Source: Prochlorococcus sp. AG-436-D21 (lineage in GTDB: Bacteria; Cyanobacteriota; Cyanobacteriia; PCC-6307; Cyanobiaceae). Taken from it: a DNA stretch of 64,000 nt. A program made the translations under genes and the position numbers. Of the stretch, positions 8,982-18,824 are shown piece after piece. The notes under the pieces are model-generated. The model ran no database searches, was not told the DNA's origin, and saw nothing but the letters and a program-made list of their open reading frames with translations. How positions within the stretch are numbered: position 1 is the first letter of the stretch; the number at the start of each line of letters is the position of its first letter. The DNA lies in assembly GCA_003212655.1 (NCBI GenBank), contig QCPF01000003.1, forward strand, positions 4,952 through 68,951, read 5' to 3'.

Positions 8982-9632
8982 TTAAGATTTTATTTCGATA
9001 ATTTCTTCATCAGATACAATTGCCCATTTTTTAAATGACTTTTTGCAGGGATATCCTCCTGTTAAGTCTCCAAATGCAGGCAAAAATAAAGTATTTTTAT
9101 TCTTATCCATTGCAAAACACCTAAAAGATAATTTATCTCCATTGCTTTTTAAATAGATTTTTGGATGATAATGTCCACAAATATTCAAGGTTTTTTTGTT
9201 TTCTAAATTAACTGGCTCATGGCTAAATGTAATATTTTTAGATTTTCTAACGTCAAAAATTTTTATATTTTTAATATCACAACCTACATCATGATTTCCG
9301 AGGATGAGTTCAACATTAGTTTTTAGTAGTTCAGGAAGGTCCTCAACTTTTTTTTGAAGAGTTTTATCAATTGAATATTTACTGTGGAATAAATCTCCCA
9401 ATATTATTAACTTTTCAGGACTATATTTTTTTACTATTGTTTTTATTCTTTCAAAATTGTTTTTATCTAAATTATTAGTAAGAGGTATACCATTTTGCTG
9501 AAAATACTCAGCTTTCCCAAGATGAATATCGCATATTAACAACTCTTTTGTTTCTGGCAGAAATAACGCTCTTGAAGGAAGCATCTCTAACAATGTATCT
9601 TCCCAACAAAATTTAAAAGAACTTTTTTTCAC
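8982..9632 (-). CDS. pdeM: Ligase-associated DNA damage response metallophosphoesterase/endonuclease
   Basis: DIHLGK, GDLFH, GNHD, HEP, GHYHP and LPAFGDLTGG motifs; last gene of the ligase-helicase operon. Confidence 0.88.
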   Translation of the reverse strand: MKKSSFKFCWEDTLLEMLPSRALFLPETKELLICDIHLGKAEYFQQNGIPLTNNLDKNNFERIKTIVKKYSPEKLIILGDLFHSKYSIDKTLQKKVEDLPELLKTNVELILGNHDVGCDIKNIKIFDVRKSKNITFSHEPVNLENKKTLNICGHYHPKIYLKSNGDKLSFRCFAMDKNKNTLFLPAFGDLTGGYPCKKSFKKWAIVSDEEIIEIKS

Positions 9633-12119
9633 TTAATCACTATATTTTTTTATAAGTTTTTCTACTCTTTTTTCTATTGGTTCATTGCTTAAAGTATTTT
9701 TAAGTCTTTCAACTAATAGAGGGAAAGCAAAAGGAGTTGGAGTTTTTATCTCGTTTAGTAGTATTTTTAAATTTTTTAATCTTTCTAATGATCTAGATAT
9801 TCTTTTATTTTCTAATTGATATTCTTTAACTTCTTGATGCGATTGTTTTATCAAAAGATGGCCTTCTTCATATTTAGTAAAGACATCGTAGAAAAGACTT
9901 GAACTTATTTGAAGTTGGGAAGAAGTTTTTGTCTTAGTTGGATTATTTTGATTTACCAGTCCACTTATCTGGGCAATATTTTTAAATCTACGTTTTGTTA
10001 ATTCTGAAAAATTAATTGCATTTTCTAGATCTTCCTCTAATTTTTTGTTATCCAAAAAATAATCAGCTTCTTTTTTAATTATGGAAAAATCATAATCTTC
10101 TGAGGTAGTTAGGCTGAATCCAAAATCATTGGCAGTAATACTAAATGTAGATTTTTTTATTTTTGCTAATCTTAAAGCCCACAAAAATGCAATTCCTTCA
10201 TTTACAAATTTGCCATCAAGTGTAAAAACAAAAATATTGGATAAATCCTTGGTCTTATATATTTCTATAAGGAATTCATCTTTCTTTGGAATATTTGAAA
10301 GAGCCTGTTGTTTCTTTAATATTGGGCGTAATGAATTTAGTTCAGGATTCAAGTAATCATAATTTTCTGATTCATTGCATATATCTATTTCTTTTCTCAA
10401 ACTTTCACAAAGTAGATCCGAAATTGCCATTTGACCTCCAACCCATGCAGGAATTAGAGAACTTTTTTTGGCTGATTTTTTAACGTATAAAATCATATCT
10501 CTGATTCTCACAAATTGAAGCATTTTACCAGCAAAGTAAAAGGTATCACCAGGATTTAATTTTGAGGCAAAATTCTCTTCTAAATTTCCCAAGGATTTCC
10601 CTTTCATATATTTAACATTCACAAATTTGTCACTTGTAATTGTTCCAATATTGAACTTATGCATTCTTATTAAGGATTTGTCTTTTACAAAATATTTAAA
10701 GTTTTCATTATTGTTTTGTGATTCTTCTTTAACTATCTTTTTATATTTTGGGTATGCTTTAAGACATTTTCCTCCATATTCTAAAAAGTCAAGACACCAA
10801 TTCCATTCTTGATCTTTTAAGTTTCTATAACTCCAGCAATCTTTAATTCTTTCTTTCTCAATTGTAGGATTAAAGCCATTTCCGCATGCCAAACTTATTA
10901 AATGTTGTAGAAGCACATCATAAGATAATTCAGGAAGTCTAATTTCCTCAGATATACCACTTTTTATTATTCTCCTCATTGCACTAATCTCTAATAACTC
11001 TAAAGAATTAGTAGGCATAAAAATTATTTTTGATTTCCCTCCTGGTCTGTGAGCACTTCTTCCCGCTCTTTGGATAAGTCTAGCTAAATTCTTTGCACTA
11101 CCAATTTGAACTATTTGATCTACAGGTTGGAAGTCAACTCCCAAATCTAACGAACTGGTGCAGACTACCCATTTTATTAATCCGTCTTTAACCCCTTCTT
11201 CAACTCTTTTTCTATCTTCTTTATCGAGGGAGCCGTGATGAAGTGCTATTTTGTCTTCCATCTCTGGCAGAAAAAATTTAAGACATTGATACCATCTTTC
11301 AGATTGGTTTCTTGTATTGGTGAATAATAAGGTGCTTTTATTTTTATCTAGGATTTTTAAAAGTGAAGAATGACTTCTGATTCCTAGATGGCCACTCCAT
11401 GGAAAGGTCGTTTTATCCTCTGGCAAAACACTTATAATTTCTATCTCTTTTTGAATATTTGTACTTATAATTTTTGGTTTAATATCGCTCATCCCAACTA
11501 TTGCTCTTGCGGCTTCTTCAATATTTCCAATAGTTGCAGACATTGCCCAAATTTGTAAATTTTTTATATTACCTCTTAACCAACTTAAAGATAACTCGCA
11601 CTGGTTTCCTCTTTTACTGCCCATCAATTCATGCCATTCGTCAATAATTATTGATGATAACTCCTTGAAAAGATTATTAGATTCTTTATTAGAAAGTAAA
11701 AGAGCTAATGACTCTGGAGTAGTAATAAGAATATTAGGTGGTTTAGCTAGTTGCTTTTTCTTTTCGTATGGAGTTGTATCCCCGTTCCTAATTTCAACAG
11801 TGATTTCTTTATTAAAATGTAAAGCTGCTAATTGTATGGAATTTTTAAGATCTCTACTTAGTGCTTTTAAAGGCGTTATTAATAATATTTGCACACTTTT
11901 ATTATTTTTGGGATCTTCTATCTTTGATAAAGGTCCCATTAATGCAGCGTAAGTTTTGCCGCATCCAGTAGGAACTTGTATTATTCCGTTTTCCCCATTT
12001 AAAAATGCTTTCCAAGATTCTACTTGGTAAGGCAATGGCTCCCATCCCTTTGAAAAGAAAAACTGTTTAATTTTAGAAATTAAATAATTTGATTTACTAT
12101 TTTGCGTAATATTTTTCAT
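9633..12119 (-). CDS. Ligase-associated DEXH-box helicase (Lhr-core type)
   Basis: PTGCGKT, DEWHEL, SATIG, HHGSL, SSLDLGVD and QRAGRSAH motifs. Confidence 0.92.
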   Translation of the reverse strand: MKNITQNSKSNYLISKIKQFFFSKGWEPLPYQVESWKAFLNGENGIIQVPTGCGKTYAALMGPLSKIEDPKNNKSVQILLITPLKALSRDLKNSIQLAALHFNKEITVEIRNGDTTPYEKKKQLAKPPNILITTPESLALLLSNKESNNLFKELSSIIIDEWHELMGSKRGNQCELSLSWLRGNIKNLQIWAMSATIGNIEEAARAIVGMSDIKPKIISTNIQKEIEIISVLPEDKTTFPWSGHLGIRSHSSLLKILDKNKSTLLFTNTRNQSERWYQCLKFFLPEMEDKIALHHGSLDKEDRKRVEEGVKDGLIKWVVCTSSLDLGVDFQPVDQIVQIGSAKNLARLIQRAGRSAHRPGGKSKIIFMPTNSLELLEISAMRRIIKSGISEEIRLPELSYDVLLQHLISLACGNGFNPTIEKERIKDCWSYRNLKDQEWNWCLDFLEYGGKCLKAYPKYKKIVKEESQNNNENFKYFVKDKSLIRMHKFNIGTITSDKFVNVKYMKGKSLGNLEENFASKLNPGDTFYFAGKMLQFVRIRDMILYVKKSAKKSSLIPAWVGGQMAISDLLCESLRKEIDICNESENYDYLNPELNSLRPILKKQQALSNIPKKDEFLIEIYKTKDLSNIFVFTLDGKFVNEGIAFLWALRLAKIKKSTFSITANDFGFSLTTSEDYDFSIIKKEADYFLDNKKLEEDLENAINFSELTKRRFKNIAQISGLVNQNNPTKTKTSSQLQISSSLFYDVFTKYEEGHLLIKQSHQEVKEYQLENKRISRSLERLKNLKILLNEIKTPTPFAFPLLVERLKNTLSNEPIEKRVEKLIKKYSD

Positions 12120-13756
12120 GATATTTTTTTCATGAGGTCGTAAGCATTCTCTAGGCTATCTGCATCATTGATTTTTTTATCTTTTCTCCATTTTGTTATC
12201 CTTGGAAATCTTACTGCTATTCCTGACTTATGACGTTTTGAAATTTGTATTTTCTCAAAAGATATTTCGAATACCATTTCTGGTTTTAACGATCGAACAG
12301 GACCAAATTTTTCTATTGTATTTTTCCTTATCCATTTATCAAGCTCTTTAATCTCAATATTCGATAAACCAGAATATGCACTTGCAAATTTAATTAATTC
12401 TTGGTCTTTCCATAATGCAAAACTGTAATCTGTATAGAGACCAGCTCTTCTACCGCTACCGCCCTTAGCATAAATTAGAACAGCATCCAGTTGCATAGGA
12501 TCAACTTTGTATTTCCACCAAATCCCTTTTTTTCTACCATAGGAGTATATAGAAGTCTTTTTCTTAATTATTAATCCTTCAGTATTATTTTCTCGAGATT
12601 TTTCTTTATAAGTTAAAGCATCAGGCCAATCTTTAGGAAAGATTAAATCAGATATTTTAAAAATATCAGATATATTATTCTCAGTTTTAGTTTTCCATTT
12701 TGAAAAATATTTTTCTAACTCAATTCTTCTATTTTCTAAATTAATTTCTCTTATATCTCTTCCATTAACCTCTAAAAGATCATAAGCAATAAAAATAATT
12801 GGATATTTTATTTGGATTGATCTAGTGGGAGATTTTCTATTTATTCTTTTTTGAAGTAAAGAAAAATCAAAAGCAATTTGTTCTTTAAAATTCCAAACTA
12901 ATAATTCCCCATCAAGAACAAAATCATCTTTTATATGCGACATTTTTTCTACTAATTCTGGGAATGATTCATTGACTAATTCTTGCCCTCTTGTCCACAA
13001 CGAAACATTTCCTGATCTTTTAATTAATTGCATCCTTATACCGTCGTATTTCCATTCAAATTGAAAATCATTTATTGAATTTTTGAAGATTTTATCTTCA
13101 ATAGTATTCGCTAAAAGAAATGGAAATGGTTTGGAATTTAATTCTTGAAGATTGATTTTCTTATTAATTAAAAATTCATATGAATCAATTGAAGGCTCAA
13201 AATTACCCATCAATCTATGGGAAATAATTTCTTCATCAATATTAATTAGTTTTGATATTGATTTTGTGATTAATCCTATAGATACTCCAACTCTAAAGGT
13301 TCCTGTAAGAATTTTATTAAAAATTAGATGGTTATCTTCAGGTATCGTTTCCCACATGTTTTTAATTTTAAAATTTTTCTCCTCCTCATTAAGTTTTGAT
13401 AAATCAGGTATTGTTTTGCCTAGTAATTCATTAAGACTTATATTTGATAATTTCTTTTTTCTGGAAGTACTTTGATTTTTTAGTAATAACGTTATTACCT
13501 CAGCAGAATCACCAACTTTTAAATAGCATGTATCAATAAGCCATTCAGGATATTCATATATTTGAGAAAAAAGATTTTTTAAATATCTTCCACTAATAAA
13601 TCTCTTATTACTTTTTCCAGTCAGTAAATATATTGCCCATGAATTATCTATTGGATCATTAGATAAAAAATAATTCTTTAAAACTTCAATTTTATTATTT
13701 GTACTATTACTTGAATCTAAATCAATAAATAATTCTGAAAAATTTTTTAAGCTCAT
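12116..13756 (-). CDS. ATP-dependent DNA ligase (LigB-type)
   Basis: EWKYDGIR (KxDG), LDGEL, EGLIIK, WWKYK and AVRFPRI motifs. Confidence 0.93.
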   Translation of the reverse strand: MSLKNFSELFIDLDSSNSTNNKIEVLKNYFLSNDPIDNSWAIYLLTGKSNKRFISGRYLKNLFSQIYEYPEWLIDTCYLKVGDSAEVITLLLKNQSTSRKKKLSNISLNELLGKTIPDLSKLNEEEKNFKIKNMWETIPEDNHLIFNKILTGTFRVGVSIGLITKSISKLINIDEEIISHRLMGNFEPSIDSYEFLINKKINLQELNSKPFPFLLANTIEDKIFKNSINDFQFEWKYDGIRMQLIKRSGNVSLWTRGQELVNESFPELVEKMSHIKDDFVLDGELLVWNFKEQIAFDFSLLQKRINRKSPTRSIQIKYPIIFIAYDLLEVNGRDIREINLENRRIELEKYFSKWKTKTENNISDIFKISDLIFPKDWPDALTYKEKSRENNTEGLIIKKKTSIYSYGRKKGIWWKYKVDPMQLDAVLIYAKGGSGRRAGLYTDYSFALWKDQELIKFASAYSGLSNIEIKELDKWIRKNTIEKFGPVRSLKPEMVFEISFEKIQISKRHKSGIAVRFPRITKWRKDKKINDADSLENAYDLMKKIS

Positions 13757-13758
13757 AT

Positions 13759-14745
13759 TTATTTACCGAAGAAAAGAACATTTATTGATTCTTTTTCAAC
13801 TAAATATTTGCTTAAAGCTTCACTATCTCCATGATGAAAAAATACATTTTTTGCTTCAGACTTTTTTACTACTTCCAGAATTCCATCCCAATCCGCATGA
13901 TCAGAGATTGCGAATCCTTTATCATATCCTGATCTTTTTCTTAGAGCACTTATTGACATCCATCCACTCGCGAAAGCTGTTTGAATATTTTTGAAATTTT
14001 TTAAATAATAACCCTTACTTAATGATGGTGGTAATAATATTAGACTTCCTTTAAGTTCATCTATCTTTTTTTTATTTTCAATTTTTATTGTATCCTTAAT
14101 ATCAATTCCAAGTTCTCTATAACTATTGTTCATTTTATGAATGCTGCCATGGGAATAAATATTTCCATTAAAATTTGTTTGACTAATTTCGTTTAACAAT
14201 CTCTGAGCCTTTCCAAGTGAATAGCAGAAAAGTAAAGAAGTTTTTTCTGGTGAATTAGTTATCCATTTTGAAATATCATTTGCTATTTTATTTGATTCAT
14301 CCCACTTAAATATTGGCAAACCAAAAGTACATTCGCTTATTAAATAATCAGTTTTTACTATTTCATATTGTTTGCAAGTTTGATCTTTTTGAAGCTTAAA
14401 GTCACCTGAAATTAGCCATTTTTCTCCAGCAAAAATAAACCTTATTTGACTAGATCCAAGGATGTGGCCGGATGGATGAAAAGAAATATTAATGCCATTT
14501 ATCTTAAACTCTTCTCCATATTCAAAAGTCTTAATTTTAATATTATCTCCAACTCTTTCTTTAAGAAGTATCGCAGTTTCCTTAGTAGAAATGTATTCTT
14601 CACAGCCAAATGTAAAGTGATCAAAATGAGCATGAGTTATTAATGCCTTTTTTACTGGCTTGCTTGGATCAATCCAAATATCAGCAAGTTCACAATAAAG
14701 ATTTCCATCTTTATATCTAATTAAATATTCTTGTTTAGTTCTCAA
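13759..14745 (-). CDS. Ligase-associated DNA damage response exonuclease (metallo-beta-lactamase fold)
   Basis: THAHFDH, GHILGS, ECTFGLP, YSLGKAQR and SDHADW motifs. Confidence 0.9.
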   Translation of the reverse strand: MRTKQEYLIRYKDGNLYCELADIWIDPSKPVKKALITHAHFDHFTFGCEEYISTKETAILLKERVGDNIKIKTFEYGEEFKINGINISFHPSGHILGSSQIRFIFAGEKWLISGDFKLQKDQTCKQYEIVKTDYLISECTFGLPIFKWDESNKIANDISKWITNSPEKTSLLFCYSLGKAQRLLNEISQTNFNGNIYSHGSIHKMNNSYRELGIDIKDTIKIENKKKIDELKGSLILLPPSLSKGYYLKNFKNIQTAFASGWMSISALRKRSGYDKGFAISDHADWDGILEVVKKSEAKNVFFHHGDSEALSKYLVEKESINVLFFGK

Positions 14746-14780
14746 AACTACATCTCTTACAATGAAGTTAATTTAGCTAA

Positions 14781-15194
14781 TTATGCCCACGCTTGTTTAG
14801 ATAAAGCTATGGCTGAAATTGTTAGTAAAACAATAACTATAAATTTGTTACTCCAATTAATCATGAATGAACTAAATTTGTTGAAAGAAACTCTATTAGA
14901 TGGCATAATCTTTTTTTTATTCATTATTTGATGATTTTCATTATTTTCTAAGTAATTTAAATTTTTAATCTCATTAATTAATTTAGATTCGCAAGTTGAG
15001 AGTTTTTCTACTTGATTTAATAATTCAATATCTTCTGGCCTTAATAAAGAATTTAATTCTTTAATTTGTCTTTCGTTTTTCATAAGAAATTCATTAACTA
15101 TCTCATCTGTCCCTAACCCCTTCTTTATATTTAAAAGAATATCATTTCTTTCCCAGGATTTTTCAAGGGAATTTAAAATTTTGCTTATGCTCAT
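14781..15194 (-). CDS. Hypothetical protein with C-terminal TM anchor
   Basis: 137-aa ORF; hydrophobic C-terminus. Confidence 0.75.
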   Translation of the reverse strand: MSISKILNSLEKSWERNDILLNIKKGLGTDEIVNEFLMKNERQIKELNSLLRPEDIELLNQVEKLSTCESKLINEIKNLNYLENNENHQIMNKKKIMPSNRVSFNKFSSFMINWSNKFIVIVLLTISAIALSKQAWA

Positions 15195-15279
15195 TTTTAA
15201 GTATTTTTACTTATGATAATTTATAATTTTTTTCTTCTGTGGCTTATTCCTTTAAGTGATTAAAAAAAATAATTTTTAT

Positions 15280-15561
15280 TTAAGATTTACGAATAAGTCT
15301 GTTAGCAAAATATTTTATCTTTACCTTTTCAACAATATTTTTTGAACTACTTTTAGTTTTAACTTTATTTAAATTGATCACTTCATCTGACACATTTTTG
15401 CCCGTTTCAAAATAACTTTTAATTTTTTCTAATTCTTCTTTGTTTAACCTTTTTGTTGCACCTTTTGCATTAATTCCAAGTTTCTTGCAGGCTAATAATA
15501 TTCTATTACTTTCGACATTAAGATCTTTGGCAATACTGAAAATAGGAGTATTAGTAGTCAT
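15280..15561 (-). CDS. Stand-alone translation initiation factor IF-2 N-terminal-domain-like protein
   Basis: IFSIAKDLNVESNRILLACKKLGI..K.A..RL matches the IF2_N pattern. Confidence 0.7.
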   Translation of the reverse strand: MTTNTPIFSIAKDLNVESNRILLACKKLGINAKGATKRLNKEELEKIKSYFETGKNVSDEVINLNKVKTKSSSKNIVEKVKIKYFANRLIRKS

Positions 15562-15658
15562 TATTTTCTTTACAATGAAATTTATTATTTATAGTATATT
15601 TATAAGTTAGAAATTAAATATATTTTTAATTAATATTAATTTTAAAAACTTTTTTTAA

Positions 15659-16978
15659 TTAGGCTACTTCATCTTCAAAATTATTTAAATCATTAAACTT
15701 CTTCTGCATGGTTGGATTGTTTCTAGTTAATTTCTTTACTGTCAAATCTTGAGATTTGCTGTCAGCAGATAAAAGATGTTTTTTTGAGAGAACTAAAGCC
15801 TCTTTAGTTTTTTGTAAATGGGTTATTGATTTATCAATTTCTGAAATTGCATCATTAAATCTATCCTGTGCAAGTGAAACATTTTTACCAACTGCATTTT
15901 TGAATTGCTCAAGAGTACTTTCAAAATTGGTTATATCAAAATTCTCACGTTTCATTAAATCAATTTGTGATTTGTATTTTAAGGTTTCCATAGATGCATT
16001 TCTTAGCAGAGAAATAATGGGCAAGAAAAATTGGGGTCTTATGACATACATTTTTGGGAATCTGTGAGAAACATCTACTATCCCAGCATTGTATAGTTCA
16101 CTATCTGGTTCTAGAAGGGATACGAGAACTGCATATTCACAAGATTTTTGTCTTCTATCTTTATCTAATTCTTTTAAAAAATCTTCGTTTTTTCTTTTAT
16201 TAGTTCCATTTAAACTTTCATTCTTCATCTCAAACATTATAGATACGACTTCGGTTTTATTTTCATCAAATTCTCTAAATATATAGTCACCTTTACTTCC
16301 TGAAGTGGCATCATTATCCTTTTCGAAATATGAGTTTTTAAATGCAGAGGCACGATTTAGATTAAATTGAGTTTCGCAATGGATTTCTAATGTTTCTCCT
16401 ATCATCTTTGTAGATAATCTTGATTTCATTTCTCTTAACTCCTGAATAGTCAGATCCCTTTCACTAATTTTGCTTTTAAACTTTTCTTCAATTAATTTTT
16501 CATTAATTGAATGTTCAAGTTTCATCTTTTCAATGGAATTTGTTAAAGATGAGTTTTCTTTTTCTAAATTAGTAACAGCTTCACTAATTTTGTTTTTTAA
16601 AGATAATTCTGAAATTAAAGACTGGTTTTTAATTTCGTCTTTCAACTTGATTAATTCATTATTCAATGAATTTATTTTATTTGTTGCTTGATTTTTTAAA
16701 TCATTAAGGGCATTTGTTTTCTTTTCTTCAGCTATTTTTAATTTAGATTCAAGAGTTTGGATCTCAGACTCTTTAATCCGATGCTGCTCTATTAACTGTA
16801 TTTTTAACTCACGTTTTAATATTTCTAAAGCTTTTTTATTATCTTCTTCAGCTAAGATAAGTCTTTCTTTTATTTGTTTATTAAATTCTTCGTCTTTTAT
16901 CTGAAGAAGTATTTCTTCAAAGCTGCTGGGATCAATTCGGAAAGTTTTGCCGCATGAAGGACATTTAATATCTTTCAT
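15659..16978 (-). CDS. DUF2130-family protein (Zn ribbon, coiled coil, putative nuclease-like domain)
   Basis: IKCPSCG N-terminus, long coiled coil, STKMIGETLE, KGDYIFRE...IMFEMKNE and CEYAVLVSLLE. Confidence 0.8.
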   Translation of the reverse strand: MKDIKCPSCGKTFRIDPSSFEEILLQIKDEEFNKQIKERLILAEEDNKKALEILKRELKIQLIEQHRIKESEIQTLESKLKIAEEKKTNALNDLKNQATNKINSLNNELIKLKDEIKNQSLISELSLKNKISEAVTNLEKENSSLTNSIEKMKLEHSINEKLIEEKFKSKISERDLTIQELREMKSRLSTKMIGETLEIHCETQFNLNRASAFKNSYFEKDNDATSGSKGDYIFREFDENKTEVVSIMFEMKNESLNGTNKRKNEDFLKELDKDRRQKSCEYAVLVSLLEPDSELYNAGIVDVSHRFPKMYVIRPQFFLPIISLLRNASMETLKYKSQIDLMKRENFDITNFESTLEQFKNAVGKNVSLAQDRFNDAISEIDKSITHLQKTKEALVLSKKHLLSADSKSQDLTVKKLTRNNPTMQKKFNDLNNFEDEVA

Positions 16979-17109
16979 TTTTTAATTACAAAATTAATAT
17001 TAGATAGGATTTAATATTCGAATTATGTAAAAAGAATATTATTCTTGACTAAGAATAAACAATGAACCAATATTATGCATTAAAAAATAAAGTAATTACT
17101 CAATAAAAG

Positions 17110-17478
17110 TTATATTAATCCTGATTCCTTAAGAATGTTTATTTTATTCGCTAATTCTATATCTGCAGAAGATATTGAGCGGTCTAAAGTTTTGTGAGAT
17201 GAAACTGTGTAACCACTGTCATCAACAAATTCGTCTTCCCCATCTTTTAAGTGAGCATTTTCATCTTTGAGATCTTTAAAATTATCCGACTTGAATATAT
17301 TTGACTTGCTGATATTACTATATCCAAAATTCGCAATTCCTCTAGCATCTAATGCTTCCTCAACTAATATTCCAACTACTTTAGATCTACTTATAGATTC
17401 GCTCTTGGATATTTCATCAATAATTTCAAGTACTCTTTTTCTAGGAAGATATCCTATCCTTTTAACTTTATTTTCCAT
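17110..17478 (-). CDS. Putative ribbon-helix-helix (CopG-like) DNA-binding protein
   Basis: RIGYLP beta-strand followed by LEIIDEIS...SRSKVVGILVEEAL helices. Confidence 0.6.
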   Translation of the reverse strand: MENKVKRIGYLPRKRVLEIIDEISKSESISRSKVVGILVEEALDARGIANFGYSNISKSNIFKSDNFKDLKDENAHLKDGEDEFVDDSGYTVSSHKTLDRSISSADIELANKINILKESGLI

Positions 17479-17707
17479 AAGTCTTTACATATGTCAATAT
17501 TGTAACACTTCTGTCAAATCAACTCAGATTTTGATTTATATTAATTATGTATAAATTTAAATAGTAGGATTAAAGTAAAATTTCAAAGAACATTTATTCA
17601 AAGTTATTTTTCAAATACTCATGGGGATAGTTTTAAAGGCTTCTTCTAATTAATTTTTCCAGTTTGATTCTGATTTTTGAGATTTTCTAAATTTAAATTC
17701 AAATATT

Positions 17708-17911
17708 ATGAAAGAAAAATTATATGATAATGCTGATAGCTTTGCGATGTCATTTGATGAGGAATGGGAAAATGTTGATTGTGATGAAATAAAATTAAAG
17801 ATAGATAAGGTATTAGAACTTTTATCAGATCACCCTTTTTTGATATCTAATCCTGAAAATGCTAGAAAAATGGCAGAATTTAGGATATTTTCATTAAAAA
17901 AATTTAAATAA
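17708..17911 (+). CDS. Small hypothetical protein
   Basis: 67-aa ORF, ATG start, non-overlapping. Confidence 0.7.
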   Translation: MKEKLYDNADSFAMSFDEEWENVDCDEIKLKIDKVLELLSDHPFLISNPENARKMAEFRIFSLKKFK

Positions 17912-17968
17912 TTTTTTTTAAATTTTTTGAAGTTAATTATTTTAAGATTAATTTTAATTACTTAAGAT

Positions 17969-18142
17969 TTAAATAGTTGGCGAATTAAAAAATCCCTTAG
18001 TGTATAAAAATATTATTATCCCAATAATTGGACCTATCCCAAAAACAAAAAGTACTAATTTCGCAGAATTTTTTGTTTGACCTAATTTTTGATCTTTTAA
18101 ATTTGAATTAGCTTGTTTTTTTTTAGATTTTTTCTTTTTCAT
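17969..18142 (-). CDS. Small membrane protein with Lys-rich N-terminus (57 aa from ATG at 18142)
   Basis: MKKKKSKKK... followed by TM LVLFVFGIGPIIGIIIFLY; the longer track ORF overlaps the gene at 18278. Confidence 0.65.
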   Translation of the reverse strand: MKKKKSKKKQANSNLKDQKLGQTKNSAKLVLFVFGIGPIIGIIIFLYTKGFFNSPTI

Positions 18143-18277
18143 GAAGGATATGTTACTACAATTAGACTTTAAAAGATTTTGATATGTTATTGGGTTTGAA
18201 AAAACTTTCAAATTGACAAAGCTTATATGGGAGTCAAAAAAGATCATATTGTATAATGTAAAGAATATAAAGGAAAT

Positions 18278-18475
18278 ATGAGCGCAACTAAGAGAGAGGA
18301 AGTTTGTTCTCACCTTAGATATATAAGGTTAGAGCTTAGAGACATGCATCAAATGCTCATTAAAGAAGATTTGTTGCCAGATCTTAATGAAGCAAAGGAA
18401 GTACTCGCGCAGCTTGATGCCTTATTGGATTTATTATCAGAAAAAAAAGTAACCAAGATAAAAAGCCAATTTTGA
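18278..18475 (+). CDS. Small helical hypothetical protein (LxxMH family)
   Basis: 65-aa ORF; AAGGA RBS and TATAAT (18252-18257) upstream. Confidence 0.8.
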   Translation: MSATKREEVCSHLRYIRLELRDMHQMLIKEDLLPDLNEAKEVLAQLDALLDLLSEKKVTKIKSQF

Positions 18476-18499
18476 AAGCTTTCAGTTAAATTGATTGTA

Positions 18500-18694
18500 T
18501 TAAAGATAATTTGTAGCTGATTCTATTTTTTTTCTATTGTCGTGCATCTGCTCTAATTTATTGTAAATTTCTTTAATTTGGATTTGTATTAGATCGGTCG
18601 AATGTATATTACTTAAAGCATCTAATGTTGATAAAAGGCTTTCTTTGGCTTCAATTAAATGTCTACATTCTTTACTGCCTGCTTCGTAGGACAT
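18500..18694 (-). CDS. Small helical hypothetical protein
   Basis: 64-aa ORF MSYEAGSKECRHLIEAKE...KLEQMH. Confidence 0.8.
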   Translation of the reverse strand: MSYEAGSKECRHLIEAKESLLSTLDALSNIHSTDLIQIQIKEIYNKLEQMHDNRKKIESATNYL

Positions 18695-18744
18695 AGTATT
18701 AGTATAAAGAAAATTATTATCCTAAATATATTAAAAATTCTTCC

Positions 18745-18824
18745 GTATTGTTTGATACTCTTATTAAATCAACGCTTATTATTGTAATTTTCAATACATA
18801 ATAAGAAATTATTTTTACTAAGAT
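18745..18824. promoter_or_regulatory. Two NtcA-type boxes in a divergent promoter
   Basis: GTA-ttgtttga-TAC (18745-18758) and TGTA-attttcaa-TACA (18783-18798); TAAGAT -10 (18819-18824) lies 21 nt after the TAC of the second box. Confidence 0.6.

Noticed and set aside
18143-18313. N-terminal extension of the 17969..18313 track ORF
   Set aside because: Overlaps the 18278 gene and its promoter; the ATG at 18142 gives a cleaner protein
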